From NCBI GenBank assembly GCA_043228905.1, contig JBHGNT010000104.1, positions 22,641-86,640 on the forward strand: DNA of 64,000 nt, in the 5' to 3' direction. Shown here in pieces: positions 1-10,900 of the stretch (positions are counted from its first letter, which is position 1; each line of letters begins with the position of its first letter). Both the position numbers and the translations under genes were made by a program. Origin of the DNA: Azolla caroliniana. Taxonomy: Eukaryota; Plantae; Polypodiophyta. The notes beneath the pieces were generated by a model. The model saw nothing but the letters and a program-made list of their open reading frames with translations, ran no database searches and had not been told where the DNA came from.

Positions 1-118
1 CACGCTAAACCCTGTGCATTCGAGTCTCTCTCTGTGTTTTCGATTTACTGCTGCATTGACTCGTGTTTCCTCGGTTGTGGCCGAGAGCTGAAGGTTTTGA
101 AAGCGTCAATTTCTAACA
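1..118 (+). mobile_element. 3' end of an LTR (ends ...TCTAACA) inserted into the gag of the downstream gypsy element
   Basis: Non-coding sequence ends in CA at 118. Gag coding sequence (F-H-T-S-T-V-D-Q-V-I-D-R-V-R-E-M-E-K, matching DFRGSTIDQVVDRVREMEK of the 27199..28752 ORF) begins abruptly at 119. Confidence 0.55.
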
Positions 119-3100
119 TTTCACACAAGCACCGTCGACCAGGTCATCGACCGGGTTAGAGAAATGGAGAAAACGAGCTCTTGGCTAACAATGGGAGCCC
201 TCCAACGAGCGTTACCAACCGATGAGGATCTCCAGTTCCGGCAAGCAATCCAATGCACGACCTGCTTGAATTCCAGACACTCGTCACTAGAGTGCACCAT
301 GCGGACGCACTGCTTACTCTGCCAATCTACGGGCCACACGATGGACTGGTGCAAATATAACTTATTGAATCGGCAAGCACCACTAGTCCGGCAAATCGAG
401 CCACGTAGTAGCCGAGACGAAGAAGACGAACGTTGGCGGTGAGATGAGCGATATCGACCGGTATAGGATGTCCGGTACAACGATCGGCGAGACAACTATG
501 ACCGGTACAAGAGATATGACAGGTACCAAGATTACAATGGACGGTACGAGCATCACAACCGGGATCACTCCCCCGGGTATCACCAACGACGGGAAGATTA
601 CAGGAGATATGACGACCAACCCCATCAAGGGTACCGCAACAAAAGGAACTTTAATAAAAAACGGCATTTCAAAAAAGGGAGCCACCCACGTGAACCAGAA
701 AAAGGCACCACAAGCAACCAACCAGACCAAAGCCCCGCGGTTACCACAGGTCCTCCACCGGGTACAGGAAACAATGCCGAATCCAGCAATACCCGGAAAG
801 CATATTGCTATTATTGCCGACAAGAAGGACATTATAGTAATCAATGTCCGGCAAAGACCTATGGCAAGAGACCGGCACTAAACATGGTAGTCGCCGAAGT
901 CGCAGACCCGCAACAGGTTACCAGAAGGTCGAAGGGCAAGACGACGGAATGGGAGACACAAGAGGCCATCCGGAAGCAGGCAACGGAATGGGTGAAAAAG
1001 GCAAATGAGTGAAACGTAGCAGAACTTGCGCAGCAAAAGGAGAACACCGAAGAGCTCGCCGGCGGCAGTCAGACCGAAAATGCGACATGGTAGGCATTGC
1101 AGGAGTGCCAAATCACGCTGCCATTAGGACGGCTCCTGCAACTAGTGCCTAGATTCACAGAAGGACTCAAGACAGGCATGACGGCAGGAGAAACACCACT
1201 GGCACCAACATTCTTCTCAAATCTGGAGGAGGGACCGGCGGTGGTAGACAAATAGTTCGGCGATCACGACCATCGTGAAGTGAAAGGAGTTACCCGGAAC
1301 AGTAATAGATGGAGGATCCGGCGTCAATGTGATTAGCCTCCGAACATGCACAACCTTGGGAATCCAAGAGTGGGAACCATGCCCGTTCTGGCTACGGATG
1401 GTGGATACAAGCTCAGTGCGACCGACCGGCTTGATACGAGATTTGGAAGTAACAATTGGCGGCCACACATTTCGCATCTCGGCAGTAGTGCTACAATTAC
1501 AGGTACAAGGAGCTTACCCGCTATTGTTGGGGCGGCTATAGCAAAAAACGACGCACATTAAACAAAACTGGAGAAAGAATATAATCACCTTCCGGCAGGG
1601 AAAAGCAAAAGTACGGGTACCGACACAACCACGGACGGGTACCGGGAAGGAATTAACCCCCCTATATGCCGAATGTGTCAATATGCTGGACGGATTAGTA
1701 GACGAAGAGGTGGATCAATACTTGCAAGATAATCCGAAGATAGTACCCCTATTTGAAATTGACGTAGTTGAAGTCGTATCACCATACATACTACTACCGG
1801 ACGAGGAACCAAATAAAGAAGCGATCCAGGAGCTACGGCAAGCACAAGAAGCGCTGGAAAGAGAAATGGCCATATCACAACAGGTTAAAGAATCCCAACT
1901 AGAGGAGGTAAATCTAGGAACTACGGAAGAGGCAAGACCGGTGCAGATAGCCAAGGAAATGTCTACGGAGAACAGAACGGCGATGATTACACTTCTCAAA
2001 GAGTTTCGGGACGTGTTTGCCTGGTCCTACGAGGATATGAGAGGGCTCGATCCTCAGCTATATCAGCATTACATATATTTGAGCAAAGACACCAAACAGG
2101 TAGCACAGCGACGGTATCGTATGAATCCAAACTACGCCGCCAAAGTCAAGGAGGAAATCGACAAGTTGCTGAGGGTTGGCTTTATCCGTACCGTAAAGAA
2201 ATCTACATGGTTGAGCCCGATAGTAGTCGTACCAAAGAAAAACGGCAAAATTAGACTATGTGTCGACTACCAGAAGCTTAATGCAACGACGGTAACTGAT
2301 GCATTTCCACTTCCATTTACGGATGGAGTTTTGGACGCAGTCGCCGGCCATGAGGTATACAGTTTTATAGACGGATTTAGCGGATACAACCAGATTCGGA
2401 TGCACCCCGATGACCAGGAGAAAACGGCTTTCGTCACTGAATGGGGAGTGTTTGTTGCTGTGGTGATGATGTTCGAACTCAAAATGGCGCCGGCAACGTT
2501 CCAGAGGATCATCATGGAAATATTCGGAGAATTCATACCGGCGTTCATGCAGGTGTTCCTCGACGACTTCGCCGTTTACAGTCGAGAAGGAGACCACCTT
2601 CAACACCTCCGACTATGTCTAAAAAAGTGTAGGGCTTATCGGCTAAGCCTGAATCCGGCGAAGTGTGTATTTGGCGTATCTAGCGGAACGCTATTGGGGC
2701 ATATTGTGAACAAGGAGGGCATCGTCGTGGATCCAGACAAAGTAAAAGCAATCCTGGAGGCACCGGCACCAACAACGGCAAAGGCATTGAGCCGTTTCTT
2801 AGGCCAAATCCGTTGGCATAGCCGAATGCTCCGGTATTTGGCGGACCTAGCTAAACCACTACATGTTGCGGTACACCGAACACCGTTCTAGTGGACCGAC
2901 ACCGAAGACAAGGCGTACCAGGCACTCAAAGTTCTATTGTCACAAGCACCGGTAGTGCAACCCCTGGATTGGGCGAAGGAATTTCATGTGTTCATGGATG
3001 CGTCTGACATTGCAATCGGGAGTGCACTGATGCAACTTACGGAGCCAAGATGGTACCGGCCTGTATATTACGCAAGCCGGAAGTTATCCCAAGCCGAACG

Positions 3101-4778
3101 AAATTATTCCACCACAGAAAGGGAAGCTTTAGGCATGATCTACAGCGTAACAAAATTCAGGCATTAGTTATTGGGAAGAAAGTTTTCCTTCAATGTAAAT
3201 CATTCGGCCCTCCTCTACCTAGTGTCCAAAGCGTCACTTACCGGTAAGTTGGCCCGGTGGACTTTGCTGTTACAAGAATTCGAATTCGAGATATTCCACC
3301 GACCCGACATACAACATGCGGTAGCAAATTATTTAAGCCAGTTAGATTCCGGTGAAACTAGCGATGGAGTACCGGACGAGTTTCCGGATGTTGAGCTATT
3401 TCGAGTCACCGCGGAAACGGCAACAGATGAAACAGTGGCACCAAAAGATAAGTGGCTAACAAATATGCACCAATTTCTGAGCACCGGATTGCCTCCGGAG
3501 GAGATGAACCGGGACGAGAGGAAACGCTTGGCGGTACAAAGCCGGCACGTCTGTTTATTACAGGACACGCTACACCACAAAGGTGCGGACAGTATATGGC
3601 GACGAGTGGTGCGTAGCAACGAGAAAGAGGTAATACTACGGGAAGCAAACTGCGGAGTCGCCGGAGGCCATTATGGCGGGGATGCTACGGCAAGGAAGAT
3701 ATGGCAAAGTAGCCTTTGGTGGCCGACTACATTGAAAGACGAAGTCCGGTACGCGAAAGAGTGTGATCTATGCCAGCGAATGGGCCAGCCAACGGAACAA
3801 GCTAGGATGCCGCACTAGCCAGTACTACCACTAGAACCATTTCAGAAATGGGGACTAGATTTTGTCCGACCATTTAAACCATCGGCAATGAGAACTGGCA
3901 ACCGGTATGTGATTGTCGCGACGGACTACTGCACTAAATGGGTGGAAGCCAAAGCCCTACGAGACAACACCACGGTGTCGACAGCAAAATTCTTATACGA
4001 ATACATTTGGTGCCGGTACGGATGCCCCATAGAGCTTATAAGCGACCAAGGAGGACACTTTCTTGGACAAGTAGTGGAGAGCTTGACGTCATTCTATGCG
4101 GTAGTACATAAACAGAGCACCCCGTACTACCCACAAGCCAACAGATTAGCTGAGTCAACAAACAAAACGCTACAAAATATCCTGCGCAAGATCGTCAATG
4201 AGAATCTGACAGATTGGGACACGAAGCTGCACAGTGCGCTCTGGGCTTACCGAACAACGTACAAAACAAGCATCTGAACAACATCGTTCCGGTTAGCATT
4301 CGGATTAGAGGCAGTCATGCCGGTCGAGTTCCAGGTACCGAGCTTACGGATCCAGATTAGGGAACGACTTAATGAAAAGGAATCGGAGGCAATTCGGATA
4401 AAGGCTCTGTGTGAACTTGAAGAACACCGACTGGCGAGCATCATGCACCTGGAATTGGAACAACGGCGATGGAAAGCGTTTGTAGATCGGCACCGGAAGG
4501 GAAACGAAAAGATGTTCGAAATCGGCAAGCCGGTACTAGTGTTCCAGACCCGGATGGGTAAAATGCCAGGCAAACTACGGTTTAGATGGACCGGACCGTA
4601 CTGGATCACAGGCGGGTTCAATGGGTCTTACCAGTTAGGGACACTTGCCGGCGAGGTGCTGGGTAAATGGGTCAACAGATTTAGATTAAAGCCATACAAA
4701 GGACCTATGCCCAAGAACCCATTTGAACGAATGGCCAACACCGAATCGGACGCTGGCAGGCCAACCAAGACGACAACC
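119..4778 (+). mobile_element. Degenerate Ty3/gypsy (non-chromovirus, Athila/Tat-like) internal region, gag-PR-RT-RH-IN
   Basis: Zinc knuckles in gag, protease (IDGGSGVN), RT (VDYQKLN...FLDD in ORF 1683..2891), RNase H (DASDIAIG, 2937..3167) and integrase ([13 protein letters not shown], 3888..4720), in gypsy order. Many in-frame stops. Same family as element D. Confidence 0.93.
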
Positions 4779-5694
4779 TGTGAGGAAAACGGCTACCACC
4801 AAGCTGGTAAGGACCTAAATAATCAACCCATATTATTCCCCCCCCCCCCTTATTACATTGTGCTTCCCATCCTTATATAGTGATGGGAGAGGCTTAGCGA
4901 CTTCATGTTTTTTCTTCTAATAATAGTGTTCATGCACGTGAGATGTGCATGAATAACTTTTTCGATGATACGTTTTCTTTTAACTAAAGCATTCATGCAC
5001 ACTAGATTTACATGAGTAGCTTTATTTTTCTATCGTGCTTTTTCTAACTATAGTGTTCATGCACGCTAGATGTGCATGAGTAGCATTTTCTTAGAAATAT
5101 GCATAAGATAACGTTTGTATATGGGATATCTACTTTTCTAACACTCATGATATGTTAGTGTAATGGTAAAGCTACAAATTATTCACGTGGAGGTACAATG
5201 TTTGAATCTCGCCCTATCCATGTAATATATATTTTAATATTTTCTTCTTTTTCTTTGTATTTATTAAATCAGTTATTTTATACGTTTTTCATGTAGTGTA
5301 CGAACTACACTACGACAATCGCCCCCTCCGAACCCACACATCCCTCTATAGCCCTTTCGGTTAGGGTTTCTTCTTCCTCGTAGGGTTTTGGTTCTCACTC
5401 TATAGCCCTTTTGTTGTTTTCACCTAGTCATGCTTTAGTCCGGCTTAAACGATCGTGGTTGTATATCTTAATGTGGCTTTCATGCCTTATAATGAAGATT
5501 TGTTTAGTGAACCTCGTGTCATCCCAACCTTGGCTCGTCTAATTCTTCGTCGTGTTAATCTTTTGCACATTGTTCTTACCCTCTCATGCTCGAAATCCTG
5601 TTAGGGATAAGCTCCCATTCCCCCCTTTTACTCCCTAGTCCAAGACCCCTGTGGTCCCGCCCAAGCCGACACGTACATGCGGATATTCGCAACA
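4779..5694 (+). mobile_element. Probable isolated LTR related to the element H LTR
   Basis: Starts TG (TGTGAGGAAAAC) and ends CA. Its 3' end CAAGACCCCTGTGGTCCCGCCC matches CAAGACCCCCGTGGTCCCGCCC in the 44235-44932 LTR. No clean TSD. Confidence 0.55.
4925..5085. repeat. Three ~63-bp tandem units, each with a palindromic core TTCATGCAC-N7-GTGCATGA
   Basis: Cores begin at about 4929, 4992 and 5055. The T-rich linkers resemble each other. Confidence 0.8.
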
Positions 5695-6511
5695 ACAAGT
5701 ATAATAGTAACTATAGTTGTCAGTTAAATTTTAAGTATGAAGGGTGAGGATTCAATTATCTCAATCCTACAGTGGGAGATATCTCAATCCTACCTTCATG
5801 AAGGGTAATCTCTTTTCTTTAGTGTCTTGAGATAGAGACTCTAACTGTGTGGGAAAGCTCTAACTTCATACATGTGCAGCTCTCTTTCTTCAAACTCAAG
5901 GTATGATCCATGTTCGTACACGGCAGTACAAGAGATCGTTCGAGGTTTAAGGGGTGGTCTAACATCCTTTCTTCCTTGTTTTCCTCTTTAGTTTTGCTTA
6001 ATCTTAATAAAAACACTTTAAGAAGATGCAAAGTAAAAATAACACAATTCAAAATATGAGGAATGAATGTGAATCCATATCAAAAGTCTAAAGATTCCAT
6101 TTCTCTAAAATAGATTCCATATCTATTTGTCTCGATTTTTATCTTGACCATTGGCTATCCTCGTCTTTCACTTCCTCGCTTCCCTATTCATCAACTCAAC
6201 TCATTTGATGGCACTTTTCTTATTCTCTAATGCCTTGTTTCAAGCATAACCTTGACTATATCCTCCATGTTGCAAACCACGCCTCCCAAACGCTAAAGCC
6301 CCTCACCAAGGCCAAAAGCACTCCAAGGATACAATCTTTGATAACCCTATGCATGGTGTTACAAATCCAAAGTACGTAATATACTCAAATGCATTGGCAA
6401 ACATTCTTTTTCATACGAATGCAACCAAATGCGCATGTTATCAAAACATTCTTATGCGTCCTTTTTTACACCTTTTACCTTATAATAAATAATGAATACA
6501 AAAGTACGGTA

Positions 6512-6562
6512 TTTACCATACTTCAAGGGTGTTTACCATACTTCAAGGGTGTTTACCATACT
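6512..6562. repeat. 20-bp tandem repeat (TTTACCATACTTCAAGGGTG) x2.5
   Basis: Direct reading. Confidence 0.9.
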
Positions 6563-7540
6563 CGAATGATTCAAACATTCTCGATTGCGAATGCACATAT
6601 GGTGCGTATGGTTCATACTATGCATGGAGCAATACATCATGCCTTGATGACCGCCAAACCTTTGGTTTCAAGAAGTCAACCTCATTCAGGTGTGCCACAC
6701 CATACAAACACATGCCAACCCCATCATCAACACCATACCAAGGCCAGCTTGTTGCCTAAGGTCATTTCACTTCAAAAGTGCTTCAATTGAAGCTACAAAC
6801 ACACAAATGAAGACGGGGAATCCATATCACAAAGACTCAGAAAAATCAAATAGTCATGAAGTAATTAATTTTTACATCATTGAAGCATTCTGTAGATGAA
6901 ACTGACCAAGCGCTGACAAATTATGACATTGAAATGCACTAACCGAAAACTATGCTGATGGATTTTGCTCAGTATGATGTGTATAACACATAATACTTTG
7001 AATGTTTAAAAGCACTTTCGTGCTCATGTGTCTACACCTGGCAAAATAAAGATGGATAGACTTCTTTCAATATTGCAAAAATGAAGAGAAACTTGTTTGC
7101 CAACATCACACAAGGGGCTCGATTTCAAGACCTTTGACAGAGATCGAAAGTCAGCATTATAATCAAAAAACTACAATTACAACGGCTAATGTGAGAACAA
7201 TGTATATGATGGTAATGGCTGTGTCACATATCAGTAACCATTTACAATATAGATAGGAGGGTAAATAGCCGTTGTTTGATCGTGTTATTGGATTTTCAAG
7301 AGAAAGTTAAGTATTATAGTTTCAGTAAAGATAAGTCGAGAGGAGCGCAGAATAGAATTCATCCTTTTCTAAACGAGGACTACCTCATATAAAACAAGAT
7401 TTAGCAAGCCTGAGTATCAAAGCATTTATATGCCACAAAATCAGATTTTAGCAGCCTCTTCTTCATATTCAATAGAATTGATCTGACCATAAAGCAACAG
7501 TGGTTTAAAACATCAAACTTAGGCAAATGGATCATGTAAT

Positions 7541-7739
7541 AATCAAGGGCAAAACACCAAAATATCCGCAATGTTTGGGATAGTAACCAGATTACGATTA
7601 ACTTTCCAGAAATTACTGGATATTCCTTTTTAGTAGCAGAAACTTTGTACTATTCAAGGGTACTCCTGAAACTTTAAACTTGGGAGTACTCTGGTAACTA
7701 TCCAACGAGTTAAGGGTATCTTGGTGTTTTCCCCTGATC
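7541..7739. mobile_element. MITE-like element (~200 bp) just downstream of the LPCAT stop codon
   Basis: Imperfect ~26-bp terminal inverted repeats: AATCAAGGGCAAAACACCAAAATATCC versus the reverse complement GATCAGGGGAAAACACCAAGATACCC. Confidence 0.6.
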
Positions 7740-7781
7740 ACTTCCATCTCATAAACACCACTGTTACGTACTTGAATGGAA

Positions 7782-7919
7782 CTAGTTGTTCTTAGCCTTA
7801 ACCCCTGTAGACTTTGGAGGTTTTATTACACTACCAAGAATAATCAGAGCCATTGATAGTATTGTCCCAACATAATATACACTCTGATATGATTCCAATG
7901 TCTGGTGGAGATTCAATAC
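7782..7919 (-). CDS. LPCAT: LPCAT exon 8 (terminal)
   Basis: VLNLHQTLESYQSVYYVGTI...KAKNN followed by TAG. Confidence 0.9.
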   Translation of the reverse strand, partial: VLNLHQTLESYQSVYYVGTILSMALIILGSVIKPPKSTGVKAKNN

Positions 7920-10900
7920 CTGTAGAGTAGAAAGAAGAAAAAAAACAGATGGTTATCAATGCAGGAGTCTAATTAGCACGCAAACATGTATAGAATTTTT
8001 TGTAACATTCTTCAATATTCTGAAAGAAAATTAAGAAAGAACTATCACAAAAATGTGAGCTACTTCCTAAGCTGTTATTAAGCTGGAAAAGAACGAGCAA
8101 TACAACGAAACCAATGCAAGCATAATTCAACACAAGGATTGTGTATGAAAGGCTTCCAAGCTGAACGACTTTATTTAAAATCCATGACCTCCCACGAATT
8201 GCTTGCTGCCATCTGTAAATAACTGTAAATGGCATAGAAAGACAGTTTCAGGCATATACATACAAATCAAGATTATTTTCAAAAATTAGATCTTGCTATG
8301 GTGAAGGGCTTACCTCTTGACCCCGCAATCATAAGAGCACTATGTACAAAAAATAGTATATAGCCAGCATATAAACCCTGCACAGATGAAAAGTCCCCCA
8401 CCACATACTAGTCATAAGTAAAATGTATAATTAAGTGAATTATACACAACCTTGATGAATGACGAAAATTTAATCAAAATTAAAATGAATAATTTACACA
8501 ACATATGTTGAGAATGGATGTATGCAGGAAACAGAATCAAATTTAAATTGCATAATTTACGGGGTATCTCTTCAGAATAAATTAATGTATGAATCAGTAA
8601 GTCAAGCTACTCTTACATGCCAGACTGCACTAACAATTTGAGTCAGCAATAGCTCCGAAAGACCAGGTTTTCTCCCTTTCTTGCTGAGCCTATCATATAC
8701 ATCTGTGCTAGGGTCAAGGTAAACAAAATAATTTGAAAATAGGAACAATACCTTATACTATGTACTAATATAAAATAAGACAACACTGTTTACCAAAAAA
8801 TAAAGGGAAAACTCTCCCTACATTTTCCTTCATTTCACAGATGCCCTTGCTCAGCCCTAAAAAAGTAACTATACATCATATTTGAGCACCTATATAGGCA
8901 ATTCATCATCAGCTTCACAACTGTAAGGCCAATTCATCCTCAGCTTCACGATGGTAAGGTCAATTCATCCTCTTTTTCTCTCTTCAGGGGTTAAAATTAC
9001 AATGGAGGACTTGCAATTTTTTTCCAAAATAATAATAATAATAATGTTTGCTATTCAGAACAATTAAAAAAATACATGGGTTAGAAAGGATACATAGACG
9101 AAGCCATGTGCTGACATGAATGTTCCAAACAAGAGGTAATACTGCACTGGTCTCAGCTAGTTCTACTCCAATAATATCAACATTCCTTGCACGGTCCCAT
9201 TTAGGTTTCCCTGGACATGACTCCGACCATCCACTGAAACCAAATCCTGATATAATCACAGAAGTTTCCGCTAGCGACCATATGAAATAATACTTCCAGC
9301 GAACTGTAAATCCAGCCAACCACTGATAGCCCAACCGTGCCCAGAATCCCCAACTCTTATATTGAGGTTCAAATATTCTAGATACAGAGAAACGAGGAGT
9401 TAGGTAGGTATAGAGTCCCATGCTCAAAATTGCCTGTAAAAATGCTCTTGAAGCACCACCATAGGGTGAAGGCAAGAGTTTTTGACTCCATGCCTGCAAA
9501 CAAATTTGACAACCCAAACGTGTAAACTGATTGATTATTAGAAGAAAAAACACACTATAAAAGTAAGGGGAAAACTCTGAAATATCCCTGAATGCCCAGA
9601 GACTCTGAAGTTTTCTTTATTTTCCGAAATGCCCCTAAGTTTTCTTTATGTCCACAGATGCCTCTAGTTTTCTTTACTCTCTGCAACTATACATTGTTAT
9701 TTGAACTATTACATTGTCAATTAATCCTTATTCATTCCCTGTTTTTGTATTATTGGAGCAATTATATGATTGATCTGTTCCCATTTCTCTCTTTCAAGGT
9801 TAAGCAGAGGCATTTGGGGAGACAAAGAAAAACTTAAAGAGTATTTCAGAGGTTTTTCTAACATAAACTTTCAGTAGTTTTGTTTCTGTTATTCAATTAC
9901 CCCTTTCTCAGCCGTCCAATCAAGATAATCTTGTAACTCATACACTGGACCTGCTAAGTGGGTGCCACAACAGAGACAGAACCCTGCATACTCTATGAAT
10001 GAAGGAAGATTTAAAATCCTATATTTTTTCTGGGCAGGCCGCAATTCCTCTTCCTTTAATAAACCATCTTGATAATTCATTGCAGCAGAAATAACTTTCA
10101 GAGTCAAAACCATGAGAGCGCCTACAAATATAAAAGCTTCACAAATGTAACATCTCTATATCAAATAAAATCAACCATTTACAATCTACATCGAAAAGAG
10201 GAAAATCAGCTCAAAATGGCAAGCTTTTTTCAGGGAAAGAATGATGATAATTGCAATTCAGTTTGGAGTGCTCATGAAAACCCAACAGTAAGCTTAGTAA
10301 AGATTCATCTGATAATTGACCTTATTGGGAAAATCAACCAACAACTACATATCTATCATAGTCTCGCATGCATGGATTTATACCAAATTGTTTTAATGTT
10401 CAATCGAATCTAAAAATAAGTCCATGTACTTGAATTTACAAAAACCTCGATAAAAATTTTGACTGTCTCACTCCTGCGTAATAATTGTGTCTACCCATTT
10501 AGAATATTTAGTTTGCAGTTTGCATGTCAACAAAATTGTTATGTGCATGTTTATTTGTATAATTCACAAATCAACGTGAAAGAAAACTCAAAAATAAACT
10601 GTATATACCAGTACAATCGATGCCACCATCTTTCCAAGCATCTCCACTCATGTAGTAAACATGACTGCAAAACGCCCATACTCACATCAACATTATCAGA
10701 ATATCACAATTTAACATTATTCATCCAATTCTCCAAACTGTAGTTATAACATGCACATTCATAGAGTAAAATAATGAACAAAGCAGGGCAGAATGTCCAC
10801 TCAGTATGCACCGTAAACCATTTATTAGACAGTGACCAAATCAGGACTTCATTGAGAAATTCAAACCTATGTATATTACATTGAGAAATGTCAAGGTAAA

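Noticed and set aside
4925-5085. CRISPR-like look: ~30-nt palindromic repeats with ~33-nt spacers
   Set aside because: Only three degenerate units, the spacers resemble each other, there are no cas genes, and the context is a eukaryotic LTR.
5155-5215. Possible tRNA-like A/B boxes (TAGTGTAATGG...GTTTGAATCTC)
   Set aside because: Both boxes are degenerate and I could not form stems; too weak to call.
5819-6899. Short ORFs downstream of the first gypsy element
   Set aside because: No recognisable motifs or exon structure; one spans a 20-bp tandem repeat.
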